NCBI GenBank assembly: GCA_964106915.2
Contig: OZ066916.1
Reading direction: 5' to 3' (one strand)
From: Podarcis gaigeae
Lineage: Eukaryota
Length of the DNA stretch: 64,000 nt
The notes beneath the pieces were generated by a model. The model did not search any database and had not been told where the DNA came from. It worked only from the letters and a program-made list of their open reading frames with translations. Below are positions 38,181-51,298 of this stretch, one piece after another (position 1 is the first letter of the stretch; each line of letters starts with the position of its first letter). The translations under genes and the position numbers were made by a program.

Positions 38181-40513
38181 TGACCAATCAGCAGGAGAAC
38201 AGCTGCTTGACCCCTGATTCTTTCTTCACAACCGATGGCAATTTGTTAGCAGAAAGAGAAACAGGAATATTATTTACCAAAGCCACAAGCACTTACCATT
38301 CTCAAACAAAGCATGAACTCACTCACTCGTGAGGAAATATTTAGTGCATTGTGAATCTTCACAGGTTCAAAGGGGGGGGGGAGAGATTCCATTAATCCAC
38401 ATTATTAGAGGAGAACATACTTATGCTTGCCTTTTGACTAGGGTTCAAAGAATCGAAGATGGAAGGTCTTCAGATATATACCAAATTAGAAGATTGCATA
38501 GATAATGCATGTTTATTTTTAGCAAGCTTGCTTCTGCAGAAACTGTATTAGATGTTTAGTCATTGTTTGTGTTTAATGGATCTATTTCTAATTGTGAAAA
38601 ATGCTCACTCAAGCTGCACTCCTGTACACTTCCCTGGGAGTAACCAGTGGGACTTACTTCTGAGTAGACATGTGTGGAACTGCACTCTGCCTGAGTGCCC
38701 TAACACCCTACGATAATCCTCAAATTACAGGCAATTTGCTAATGTAAAATGAAAGGGAGAGTGTTCTAATGAAGTCAACACAAACTTCACAGCTCATTTT
38801 CTAGAATCTCTGGAAATATATCTGGGTATAGTATTTCAAGATTTTACTGTAAAATTTCTATCCTGCCTTCCTTCCACTAGGAGACTCAAGGCAGCAAATG
38901 CTGCAGAAATATAAACAAGACATCTTCCTATGCAATTTTAAATAGAGCATGTCCTGTATCTTCCATTCACTTTGAGTCTCCGAACGCTTAACACTTCAGT
39001 GAAACTACTAAATACATTGTATTTATAAATGTGTTAATTGGTGTTTTGTCAGAATGGGTAAGTGACTTATCATCTGCCATGAATATACATACAGCCTGCG
39101 CATTAACATAGTGAATGCAAACAGTTACATATGTTTTTGTTTCATTGTAATTTTTCATCAAACTATCTGAACAAATATTTGCCAATTAGAAATTTGTTTA
39201 TTTGTAGGGTGGGGCATATTTTAGCTAGGATGAAAAAATGAATGGACTAGGGGTTGGCAAATATCTTTTTCTGGTGTATCATTCAACTCATAAGCATTTA
39301 GGGTGATATACAACTAAGTCATACTTTGAGTGGGTTACTTATATCCATTGATTTCAGCAGGCCTACTCTGAGTATAACTGTTTGAAGCGCAACTGCAGAG
39401 ATCATTCAGTTTGTAACTTAAGAGTTGATTTTGTTATGCACGTCTACTGTGAATGAAGCCCCATAGAGTTTAGTGAGACTTTTGCTCTGCCTGAATAAAT
39501 TGTTTAAAGAAATCAGTTCTGCTTTCCACGAAACCATAGTAGATTAACAAATATATGCCATTCAAAGTTCAGGAGGCTTTGTTTGTCATTGTTGTGATGG
39601 AAATTTTTAGGGAACCAAAATGATCATTGGGGCAGTTGTATTCTAATGTACTGTATTGGGAATAGGAGACCCAGTTCATGTATTACCTCAGCTGGCTCTC
39701 TCTCATGTCTTTATTAGCACACTATTCACACCTCCAGGACTAATGTGTGGATCAGAATGTAATTATCTGTTGGAGTTCACACTTTGAATTTTGCAATGTT
39801 CTTCTCAACTCCAAAAATTGTTGCAAAATATGATTTAAAATGTGTGTTTCGGAAATCATATATCGAGAGAACATGTGTCGAGATAAATATGTATTTAAAA
39901 CATGATTTTATGTTGTGAACCATCCTGAGATCTATGGGTATAGGGTATAGATCTATGGGTATATCTGAACCAAATACCTGCCTTGTTCTGTATTCCTGCA
40001 ACAATGGAAAGTTACTTTCACAGCACCGAGTCCTAAGTGTGTTTGCTTATGACTTCATCAAACACAATAGTGTTGCTATCCTCACTAACATCGGGGGTAG
40101 CTGGCAGAAGTTGGTATTGTTGGGCACCTGACGAGACCCATATCTTGGCAGAGGTCCACTGCAAACCTCCGGGGGGCCCTGGCATTGCTGTCTAAGCAAG
40201 CAAGCAGTGATAGAAGCAAGGAGAAAAAGCAGCCCCTACACTGACTTCGCTGCCTTCTCTCTCCGGATGGATTGGACTCAAAAGGAAGAGAAGAAGTGAG
40301 TGGGCAGCAGTGGCAGCAACAAGAAAAAGCTGGGTCCACTTAGAAGGATCTGCACAGGGTATCTGGCTCAAGCCGCCGCCCCCTCCAATATTGGAGCTGG
40401 CACTAACTAATATTGCTATTCGCATCTATGAGCGAATACATTTTTTTCAGCTGCATGAAGTTGCTGCAGATATATTCCTTTTTAAACAAAGTGTGAAGGA
40501 GGTAACTCACTCA

Positions 40514-40518
<5 letters not shown>

Positions 40519-40577
<59 letters not shown>

Positions 40578-40589
40578 GGAGAGAGAGAG
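40519..40589. repeat. Compound (CA)n(GA)n microsatellite
   Basis: Direct observation. Confidence 0.97.
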
Positions 40590-42566
40590 AATATTTCACA
40601 AGAGGGCTCCCCTATGTATCATTCCGCCTCCTGCAGCATTTCCCAGTTTTACCAATTCAGGGTTTAGGTGAGGAAGGAGGGCAGAAAGTCATATGACGGT
40701 GTTTCCTCCCTTTCTTTTAAATTTTTGTTGTTACAATGGTTGTTATTTCTGAGATTCTGCATCTCTAGTATGGATTTCCATTTCTCGAGAACTGGATATC
40801 AGAGGAAACTAAAGGCCTGGATTATTATTTGACAAAGGCAAATGGAAGCTTGATCCTGTCAGACAGGAAGCTTCATTTACCAGCACACGTTCAAAAATGA
40901 AATGTTCTGTAAATGCATTTAATGAGCTATAAAACAGACTTCTGTGCTTTAAAAATTGCTTCCTCCCAACACGATGTTCTGAATCTGTAAATACAATACA
41001 ATTGTACAAATTTAGAACAATTACCAAAGCAAATTAGCAGATTGGGCAGTGAAGTGATGTGAAGGAGGTGTTGCTGCGTGAGAACTGCAAATACAGAAAT
41101 AAACGTGTTTTTTAACATGTTGCAGAAATTCAAGGTTTCCCCCTCATGCTCAGGCCCTCCTACATTCCACTCCTCCTCTCTCAAGAGCGAGTTGTTGTTT
41201 TTTTGCCAGCATACAAAAGATGAGGTAGAACATGACTTGCTGAACTTTCACCTGTTTCAAAGGTTAACAGCCTTGTGTTCAGAAGTAAAATGGTGATGTT
41301 ACGGGTGCTTTGGCTCTCCCAGTCTGCCAGGCATAGTATTTTGATAGTGTCTGAACCAGAGAAGAGATATAAAGAAGAAAGAAAAGTGGATGAGCCGCTT
41401 ACAGAGTAGGTGACATTAAATAAAAGAAAAAAAGAGTATTGGCAAAATTAATACATGGCAAATAAAGGTCAGCTTTCACATGTTCTGAACAAGTCCATTT
41501 TACATTGTGTACCACTGAAATGATAAAACAGATTTTTTGTAATACAGCTTTCAGTAACCTGGTTCTTTTCAGATGTTTTGGGCAGTGGACTACAACTCCC
41601 AAGAGCTCTAGTACTTGCTGGAACTGATAGGAGATGCAGTCAAAATAATCCAGAGGGCAGTAGGTTACTAAAGGCTGCTATAATGTGTATGTAGGGGGAA
41701 TTATAATATTTCGAAAGGATCCTTCTTAGAGTTGGGGGGTGTGTGCAAAAGAATATCACAGTAGTGTGAAAAGATGATTGGACAAAGGCCAGACTCTGAA
41801 ACGTTTCCCCAGATCAGACAGGCAGGCCCATCTCAGAGAACATGGCTTCCTGGAAGATTTTGCATCTCTCTATAGAACTGGATTGGGGGCTAACTACCGT
41901 ATCTTTCTTCTGGATTGTTATTACCCTTTAGGTTCATCACCTTTAAAACACTTGCCTCTTGTATTTGTATTTTTTTTAAATCATCCGAATGCTACCAATG
42001 GTTGGTTTTGTTTTGTTTTTGCAATAAATCTACGTGAGTACTGAATTGAACCTTGTTGAAAGAAATAATGGAGACATGCAGCTGAAACTGGTGAGACATT
42101 TGACTTCCTCCGGAACAAAGGGGACCTTTCACACGGAAGTTAACCTTATCTTCAAATAGTTGGGACATTCGTTTCGTAAGCATGGTAGAAAGACTGATAA
42201 TAGTTTGCAGCACATACAACTTTTTACAGCAATGAGGCGTTTGTAGTTTGTTAGATTTTTACATGTAGCCAGTTTATCCACCTGACTTTGTATTCAAAAG
42301 TAGCTGGTCCTTCTAGGGATGCAAAGTTGTACCTGAAATGGAGACAGATGTAGCTAATGTTCTATCTGGCCAGGTTGTTATGGAAACCTTTCAGACTGCA
42401 GCCTGAGGACATAGAAGGACTTCTTGAGGATTGAGAAATCTGTACCCTTGACCTTTGCCCTCCCGCTAATTACATCTGTCAGATCTGTCCTGCGTATTTT
42501 AGGTTTCAGAGGTGTGGATGTATGCAACTTATTTGAATGGGGTTGCGCTTGTATTTAACGTGAGTA

Positions 42567-42792
42567 CAGTGGTACCTCGGGTTAAGAACTTACTTCGTTC
42601 TGGAGGTCTGTTCTTAACCTGAAACTGTTCATAACTTGAGATACCACTTTAGCTAATGGGGCCTCCTGCTGCTGCCGTGCCACCGGAGCACAATTTCTGT
42701 TCTCATCCTGAAGCAAAGTTCTTAACCCGAGGTACTATTTCTGGGTTAGCGGAGTCTGTAACCTGAAGCGTCTGTAACCCGAGGTACCACTG
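42567..42792. mobile_element. Tc1/mariner MITE, copy 6
   Basis: Same TIRs, TA flanks; nearly identical to the reverse complement of 34789-35006. Confidence 0.92.
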
Positions 42793-43346
42793 TACATCTT
42801 TGACGCACGTCATCTTGTGCATCTGAAAAGTTTTCCAATGGTCTTGTTCTTGTACAAATCTAGAAAATTCTGAGCCTTGGTTATTTCCAAGGATATGGAA
42901 GAACTGCAGCAGAGCTCTGAAGTAGTGCTTTGTAGACTAGATTTTGGTCATGAGAAGCAAATGATGTCACTTCTATGGTATGGGTCATATCCTCAAAGCA
43001 TAAAACACTATTTTAATTGCTGCATTTGCAAGCTGCTGATTATCAAGTTGCTAATACATCCAAAATCAAATGTTAATTTCACTTGGAGCAAATTTAATTT
43101 TAATGAGATTTTGTGTATATGATGTTGGGTAGAATTTCTTATTAATGGTTGGTGGTAATAAATTTGAGGGTCAGTAGTCTGAACAGAATACAAAAGAGAT
43201 GTGAAGAAAACAGCAAAAAATGTATTTCATATGGCAGAACTATTTACTCCAAACCAAGTTAGCAACTTGTTCCTTAAAAATACACACAGTAGTTCAATTC
43301 ACATTCTCCTCTAAACCATTGTTGCCCAGACTTAGAATAATCACAT

Positions 43347-43490
43347 AGCTCAGTTGGTAGAGCATGAGACTCTTAATCCCAGGGTTGTAGGTTTGAGCCC
43401 TACATTGGGTGAAAGATTCTTGCACTGTAGGGGGTTGGGCTAGATGAACCTAGTGGCCCCTTCCAACTCTACAGTTCTATGATTTTATGA
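43347..43490 (+). mobile_element. tRNA-Lys(CTT)-derived SINE with CR1-like 3' tail
   Basis: TAGCTCAGTTGGTAGAGCATGAGACTCTTAATCCCAGGGTTGTAGGTTTGAGCCC follows vertebrate tRNA-Lys-CTT, then CCCTTCCAACTCT...TTCTATGATTTTATGA, the CR1-type 3' terminus. Confidence 0.85.
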
Positions 43491-43724
43491 CTAATTGAAA
43501 GTTTAATCTTACTGGTGTACCCCTTCCTTTGGTCAGCTGCTGCTTGAGCCAAGTCTTGCCACTGCTGCCTTTCAAAGTCTTGGGGGGGGGGGCTTTTTAG
43601 CATGTTCTTATATGCTGTCCTCTCTCTACTGAGTGTCCCAAGAGCTGGAGCACCAGGGTTCATTCAGAATACTCTAATAGACCCTGGCAGCCTTTTCTTT
43701 GCATTCCTTTACTCAGCATCAAGT

Positions 43725-44053
43725 GGGATGCGGGTGCCTAGGACTTGCCAATCAGAAGATCAGTGGTTCAAATCCCCGTGACGGGGTGAGCTCCTGTTGC
43801 TCGGTCCCTGCTCCTGCCAACCTAGCAGTTTGAAAGCACACCAAAGTGCAAGTAGATAAATAGGTACCACTCCTGCAGGAAGGTAAACGGCGTTTCCGTG
43901 CGCTGCTCTGGTTTGCCAGAAGTGGCTTAGTCATGCTGACCACATGACCTGGAAGCTGTACGCCGGTTCCCTCGGCCAATAAAGCAAGATGAGCACTGCA
44001 ACCCCAGAGTCAGCCATAACTGGACCTAATGGTCAGGAGTCCCTTTACCTTTA
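43725..44053 (+). mobile_element. Sauria SINE with a short deletion in the 5' head
   Basis: Body as 14410-14762; direct repeat CCTTTACTCAGCATCAA at 43706-43722 and 44048-44064. Confidence 0.93.
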
Positions 44054-45090
44054 CTCAGCATCAAACCAGTGTCGCTGTTCTACCAGAGTTTTTGTTTGTT
44101 TGTTTGTTTGTTCTTTGGTGTTAATCAAGTAGGGTTTGATGCTTTTATTTGTTGGTAAATCTCCACTTGGTTGGACGAGTCACTTTCAAAGGATTTGCGC
44201 AGATACATCAGATATTCAGAGGCTAGGGTCATTTGGATGTTGCCACTTAGTCTCAATGACCATTTTAGTCTTTTTGCACCTACAAGCTCTCCGGAAGCAG
44301 TCATTGGCCCTGGCAAGGGGAGACATTCTAAAAGGAATTGTTACTAATAATGGAAAATGATATGTACCCCTTATCAGGTGAACATAATTTGGGGAGTAGT
44401 TTTAATAATACTATTTTAATCTTTGAATTGTTTTCTACAGCTAAAAAAGATGCAATAAAGTAATATAAAAAATTCTGCCGAATACCCTTTGAAACTCTTT
44501 CATCTTGCTTTAGGAAACACTGCTCTAAACCATTGGTCTTCAGTTGATGAACCACTAGTGGATGACAGCCTGATCTAAGATGAGTCACAACAGCAGCACG
44601 CTCACCAAACAGATATATGGTTTTAAAAAAAGGAAAATAAATGACTCACCAAATGCATGCCTGGGTTAAAGAGGAATCCTGGGTCTGAAAAGGTTGAAGG
44701 CTTTAAACTATGGTGCACTTTCTTCCTCCCTCTCACAACATGCAGACTATTTTATCAATTTCTGAGTTGTTCCAACCATAGTTGCCCGAATTACACAACT
44801 AAAGTTAGCAGTAACCTCCAAATCCTGAATGGCAAACTCACTTCAAGCTATAGCTTCAAACAATGTTTGCAGGTTAGTGCAGATAGCTTGCCTGTTTAGG
44901 CATCATGGTGAACTATAGCTATAGGAAAGGGAGAAGGGACTTAGTTTGTGAGAGGGAAAGAAGATGTTTCTCACATGTGTATTTGGTGAAGAGCAGGTCT
45001 GATGGCAGAGGGAGCATAAAAATTTGTTTCCATTATACTGGATCACTGCAAAAGAGCTCTGTAGAGAAGGCATTATTTGAAAGGATAACT

Positions 45091-45200
45091 CGGGGATGAG
45101 GAACCTGTGGCACTCCAGATGTTGTTGGACTCCAATCCCCAGAATCGTTGACCACGGTGGCCAAAGCTGTTGAAGTCTCGACAACATCTGGAAAGCTACT
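45091..45200. mobile_element. Short hAT-like MITE (GGACTACAACTCCC family)
   Basis: GGGGATGAGGAACCTGTGG...CCAGATGTT...ACAACATCTGG; relatives near 8130-8218, 8688-8780, 41546-41680 and 55096-55238. Confidence 0.6.
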
Positions 45201-46184
45201 ATCCAGAGATATCTGAAAAATCAAAGCCCTGCAAATTGATAATAATTGGGGGAGGGGACATAAAACTATCTTGGTGGTTGCTGGAAGAAGTCCATGGCAC
45301 TTCTTGACATGTACTGAGGTCATATTATGCATGTAATTTTATGCTTCAACTGAGGGTTTTTGCTATTTTAGACATTGTTCTAATATGGATGAACAGATGG
45401 AACAAGTGGAGGTGGAAGCATCTTGAGGGAAAAGAGATTACAAAATGATAAGCCTCCGTGCTTCTGGAAGAAGGAAAGAGCAGCATTTTTTAAAAATAAA
45501 AAACAGATTTTTAGAATAGTGGACTACAATAATCTACAGTTATAATTAGCAGAGAGAGAGGAACTGGAAAAAAAGGAGTTCAAGAGGGCTACCAGTTGCT
45601 AGAAGCATAATTATAAACCATTCCCATACAAAAGAAAATGGGAAGCCCCATTGCAGAGCTCTGGCACGGCTTCAAAGAAATCTTTGCACTGATCTCAAAA
45701 ACCAAAAGGGAACTCTATCAGAAATGGAAGGAAGGTGAAGTCACCAGTTAATTAGTATAGCACAGGCATACATGAGTAAAATCGGAAAAGCAAGGCATAA
45801 AATGAGTTGCGGCGGCCAAGAGACAAATGGAGCTCTGTAGAACAAAATGTGACTGTGTGTGTAGCACTAAATTTCACCAGTGAAAGTGTTTGGGGGTGGG
45901 GAGATGGTGTAATCGGCTTCGGAGGAAGAACATCCTACAAGGCCAATCCATGTGCATCTGTAATCTGTTCAAATGCGAAGGAGAGTCTCCTTCCTGATGG
46001 TGGTCGTGGAGCTTGGACAGGGTGAATGTCCTCCAAGCCCAATTCCGCCCCCTCTTTAGACTCCAGGTTGAAGGATAATCAAGCATGCTCCCCTTCAAGT
46101 CTGCCTCCCAGCTGCAACAGCTGCCCAAAGCCTTGTGCCCAAATGTTCATCAGCTGTATGCCATAATCATACAATTATAACAAA

Positions 46185-46310
46185 TAAAGGCTTGACATAT
46201 CTTGCTTTGCATGTCATGAGTCTATCTCATATATTAGTTTCACCTTTCAAGTTGAATTACTGAAATAAATGAACTTTTCCACGATATTCTAATTTTTCGA
46301 GTTTCACCTG
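46185..46310 (+). mobile_element. Tc1-family transposon terminal fragment
   Basis: Ends ...CACGATATTCTAATTTTTCGAGTTTCACCTG|TA, a Tc1-type TIR; the partner end is absent from the window. Confidence 0.65.
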
Positions 46311-48974
46311 TAGATATGTCATCTCTGGGAGCTTCCAGACTTCCCAGAGGGATTGAAGTGCCTATTGGGAAATTAAAATTTACACAGTTAAAGTGGATTA
46401 AACTGCTCTGCAAAAAATAACTCCACTTTTGAAAAAAAGTGCACTTTTGCAGCTGGGAAAGTGATGGGCAGACCCACTCATTAGGCAGGCAGAAGCAGCC
46501 ACCTCAGGTGGTGAAATCCTGTGGGGTGGTGCCCCACCCACCCCTGCTACCACTGGGGTTACGCAGCTGCAGTGGCTTTCTGTGAGATCTCTCTGGAAGC
46601 CACTGCACAACCTTGGGATAAGCTAGGCTTCAGAAGGGTGCAGTGGTGGCACCTTCCTGTTTTGCCTCAGGTGGCAAAATAGGATGGGCTGCTCCTGGTG
46701 ATGGGGAATTGCTTTGAAAAGTGTGGAACAAACTGATGATTAATTGGAAGATGTACAAACACCCTGTCGGCAAACACAGGAAGAATGCAGAATGCTCAAT
46801 AAACACACCGGCTGTAGTCTAACCTCTGTGCAAACTTGGTGCAAACAAGTCTGGATGAATGCTCAGTAAATTGGCTGTTTGAAAGAGTCCTCAATGGAAG
46901 CATAATCTGGGAAGTTCTTTGAAATATGAATTGTTTACTGGGCAAAACAAAGCATGGAATATAAGGGGGAAAATGCATTTTTTTAAAAAATCGCCTGTTC
47001 GCTTCTACACTTACAGAAAAGAATTGCATCAGTGTGAACAGAACTGTTTGTCAAATGGCTAGCCTGACTAAGCGAAGCTGCAGAATTAGTAAATTGTACA
47101 CATAATGAGAACAGAGCTGGATGATGCTAGATAATGCCAGAGCTAAGCAACAAAACCATCCCTGTTTAGCCAACAAGCGCATTGCACAATGAGGGCATCT
47201 CCTGATGCGCCGTGTTTTATAGGATCCTCATGGGAATGGAGTGTAGGCAGCTGTGATGTGGGCCATGCTGGGATTTCTCAAAAATGACTATAATGAGGTG
47301 TTTTCCCATTAGCTTAAAGCTTGCTCGGCTACTGGCTGTTCTCCTGCAGCAATTACTCCTCTGTTATTGTTCTCCATGTGCAAAGATTTGTGTTTTGTGA
47401 CTCATAAGTGGTTTCCAGAAGACATGACTACTTTGTGAGATACTTAAAATAGATTTTAAAGGAAATACAAGTCTATCTATCAGATGATCTGTATTACAAA
47501 AAAAAAAAGTGAGCAGGCTTTTAGTATTCTGTCCACAGTTTGGTGTGTGAAACCATCCTAAGTTTTGTTCAGCATTTTCTGGAAGAAAAAAGAGAGGAAA
47601 ACTTCTACATATGAGCTGAATAGAATTCCAGTTGCAGGGCTGCAAAGTTCTTGTCAGGACTAAAAACTATGTCAGATTGAAGTAACCATGGGTTGTATCC
47701 AACTAAGCTATACTCGAAGAAGACCCACTGAAATTAATGGACATGAACTAACTTCAGTTCACTAATTTAAGTGTGTTTTGCTCCAGTAGTGTAGCAATTT
47801 CAGAAGTACAGTGCCCCTTCATGATAGTCCTAGCCACATACTATTACAGGCACCCTCCTCAATTGCACGCCCACCTACTGCAAACTCACCTCTCTCACTG
47901 CCCTAAATCCGCCCTCTCTGGAATTGCCCTTTCTGGAAGTCTTGAAGCAGAGGTTGCCTGGAGCTCTATGGGTGGGTTGCTCTAGGCTGCTGGGTTGAAT
48001 TAGGTGGCCTCTCTAGAACCATTCCAGCTCTATGGTTCAAGGAACTAGGCTTAACGCTAACTTGCCAAACTGGATGGTAGGAGTAATTATACATGCAACC
48101 CAATCCTCTTCCCTCTGAAATACTTCCCACATTGTTTAGTGGAACTCGGTTCTTGGCAACTGTTCATGGGATTGCAGTCTTTATTCCCCCTTTCACTGCT
48201 ACTTCGTCCACCTGTCATTCTGCTCACAAATACGCACCCTGTGGTGTTCATTTGCTTACGACTGCAGCTTAGAGATGATTTGAATATAGTCAGCATACGC
48301 CTGCTACTTAACCGGAACTTTGTTTCTTTCAAACAACCTTGGTGATGCTCAAGGATTTTAAATTGAAACGGGAATTGTGCCTTTGTGTCTGGCAGGGTCC
48401 GGGGAAATATTGCAGTGGGGAGGGATAAAAAAACCCTGTATCGTTGAAGTGATTCCGCAAACCATTCCTGCATTAGGAAATCCCCAAACTATACTTTGTA
48501 TAAAAATGTTTTAATAAGCTGATTTAGCCAGTGCATTAATCTATCAAACAAATGCATGGGAATGCACCAAGAATCCCAAGGTAGTGGATGAGGGAAAACA
48601 TTGCATGGGTGAGATTCTGCCTATATCAGGATGTAGGTGGGACATTCATCATAGAAGGCCTTGCCAAACTTTTTAGGCCCCTGGGGAACATTTTCAAACC
48701 AGAGAACATGTTGTGTGCTCCCTAGCCAAGCACACTCAAATGCTTATTTCAAGCTGAACAGTGGGAGAGGGGTACACTGGATTCCAAGGAAGGCCTCTGT
48801 GGGTCTCGACCCATACAGTCTCTGAGATTTTCCATTCTCAAGCGGCAGTGTCAAAATTTAAGGGCCAAACTAGAAGCGATGGAATCCCCGCTTGTCCACC
48901 ACTGTAATGATAGCTTATAATTTTTTTTAGAGATGTGCTCATATTTGGAATGCCTGCCACCCATTTCTTATAAA

Positions 48975-49480
48975 CTGCTTGCAGGACCAGGCATCGGACT
49001 TCCCATCCCTGACCTGTATAATGAGAGACCAAAGAGACTGGGTTTGGGTCAAAACATGCCACAACTTTATTGAATACAGATGAAAGAGGTTTGGCTTGGG
49101 CATGGGGCAATCAAAATTTGCCCCATGGTCAATCCAGGTGGGGGTTCCTAAGACTTACATCTAATAGGGTGACCCCCACAGGGACCGAAGTCTGGGGGAG
49201 TGCCTTTGGCCCTTGCCCCACCAGGGCATGTGGACATGGCCATTCCCCCCGAATCCCTTTAACAGGATACCCAGCCTTTGGAGGGTCACACAGAGACTTC
49301 AACCTCCCCTCCATCAAAACAAAGGATTGCCCCAATGCCCAACCACCAATCGAGCAAATGCTTGCTGCCAAACGACTCACATCTGCACCCATGCCCGTTG
49401 TTGCAATGGAGGAAGGCTGGACTTTATTCTCTGACCATGGGCTTCCCTCTCCAACTATGGGCAGGTTGTTCTGCAACATC
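48975..49480 (-). mobile_element. Probable solo LTR
   Basis: C-rich block ending TGCAACA, minus-strand AATAAA at about 49066-49071; no TSD confirmed. Confidence 0.4.
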
Positions 49481-49599
49481 CTGTGGCTCCTTAGGTACCC
49501 TCCCTGTGAGTTTAGGATTGCTCCCTTAGTTGGAAACATAAATCAAGCTCAACTGCATATTAAGCAAGGGTATTTTGAATTAGGAAATAATAACTCTCC

Positions 49600-50340
49600 T
49601 AGAGTGATGGTATGAAGATATCTGAAAAAGCAACAAAAACATAATTACATTTTAAGTCCTAGGGGAGATAAATACTCATAATTGATATGTCCAGGAGCCA
49701 TTACAAAATTCTTTTCAGAATAAGATAAAAAAAGAACAACAATAATCCCATCTAAAGAGAGTCTTCTTTGTTATTTAAAATAAATAATGACAACCAAATT
49801 ATCACAAGGGCATAGACTGGAAGAAGCCAGTACTTTTGGAGAAGTTACACAAAAGTTATTAAAAACATTAAGAATGGAGCACCTTGGGAATGTAATTTGC
49901 TATCGCCCTGATTAATTTATTTTTTTTTAATTGAGAAACAGATACAATTCAGTTTTGAAAGGAGGAAAACCTTCTGATTTATAAAAATGGCTTGTATAAT
50001 TGCATTTGTAAAAGACGATAAAGATGCCATTCAATTAAAATCCTATCAGCCAATATTATTGTTAACTTCTTTAACTAGTAGAATAGCTCAGTTCATTGGG
50101 GTAGATCAAGCAAGACTTCTTCCAGATAAATATATTGTGGACAATGTAAGGGAAATACTGAATCTGATGTTTAAAAGTCAAAATAAAAATATCGCACCAT
50201 CGGCCCTATTTGTTGACATGGCCTTTGGCAGATTAAAGCCACTATCTTTGGGAGGGAAAATACTGTTCTATAAGAGGCAAGTGGTAAGGAAATGGATTTA
50301 TTGTGAAATTTGCCTTTGAATAAAATCCATGCAACTAATT
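49600..50340 (+). mobile_element. Decayed L1/Tx1-type LINE ORF2 fragment (start of the RT domain)
   Basis: ORF 49987-50319 reads KSYQPILLL...IGVDQARLLPDKYIVDNVR...LFVDMAFGRL, matching the SYRPISLL / DQxGFxPxRxIxDNxR / DAEKAFD motifs; A-rich plus strand. Confidence 0.75.
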
Positions 50341-50635
50341 CTGTGTACTCAAATGGGCTTGGTGTATCTTGTATCAACGTTCTTTAATGCATGGCAATAC
50401 CCATCTGAAACGGGTGTTTCACAAGCAATTTGTGTCATGACATGAGGGCCTGCTATTTAAAGGAGGAAAGTAAGAAGAATCCCAGCAAGTGTGCCCAAGC
50501 TGTTGGGGGCACAAAAGTAAATATTTGGATCCCAGCATTTATTATATCTTTAAAAAACCCCACAAGTTTTCAGGGGTGTGGGGGAGAGAGAAATAAGGCT
50601 CCAATGCATAGAAAACATTTCTATGAAGTCCTATT

Positions 50636-51298
50636 TGTTGTTGTTGTTTAGTCATTTAGTCGTGTCCGACTCTTCGTGACCCCATGGACCAGAGCACACC
50701 AGGCACTCCTATCTTCCACTGCCTCCCGCAGTTTGGTCAGACTCATGCTGGTAGCTTCGAGATCACTGTCCAACCATCTCGTCCTCTGTCGTCCCCTTCT
50801 CCTTGTACCCTCCATCTTTCCCAACATCAGGGTCTTTTTCAGGGAGTCTTCTCTTCTCATGAGTTGGCCAAAGTATTGGAGTCTCAGCTTCAGGATCTGT
50901 CCTTCCAGTGAGCACTCAGGGCTGATTTCCATGGGACTCTCAAGAGTCTCCTCCAGCACCATAATTCACAAGCATCAATTCTTCGGCGATCAGCCTTCTT
51001 TATGGTCCAGCTCTCACTTCCATACATCACTACTGGGAAAACCATAGCTTTAACTATACGGACCTTTGTTGGAAAGATGATGTCTCTGTTTTTTAAGATG
51101 CTGTCTAGGTTTGTCATTGCTTTTCTCCCAAGAAGCAGGCATCTTTTAATTTCGTGGCTGCTGTCACCATCTGCAGTGATCATGGAGCCCAAGAAAGTAA
51201 AATCTCTCACTGCCTCCATTTCTTCCCCTTCTATTTGCCAGGAGGTGATGGGACCAGTGGCCATGATCTTCGTTTTTTTGATGTTGAGCTTCAAACCA
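50636..51298 (-). mobile_element. BovB (RTE clade) LINE, 5'-truncated 3' end
   Basis: GLKLNIKKTKIMA, FTFLGS, VVMYGSESWTIKKADRRRIDACELWCWRRLLRVPW, LRLQYFGQLMRREDSL and VHGVTKSRTRLND; (CAA)n tail; TSD TATGAAGTCCTATT (50622-50635) / TATAAAGTCCTATT (51299-51312); small internal deletion with frameshift near 50929. Confidence 0.95.

Noticed and set aside
43347-43411. Functional tRNA-Lys gene
   Set aside because: The 5' acceptor stem is missing, the T loop is mutated (GTTTGA) and it runs straight into a CR1-like tail, so it is a SINE head.
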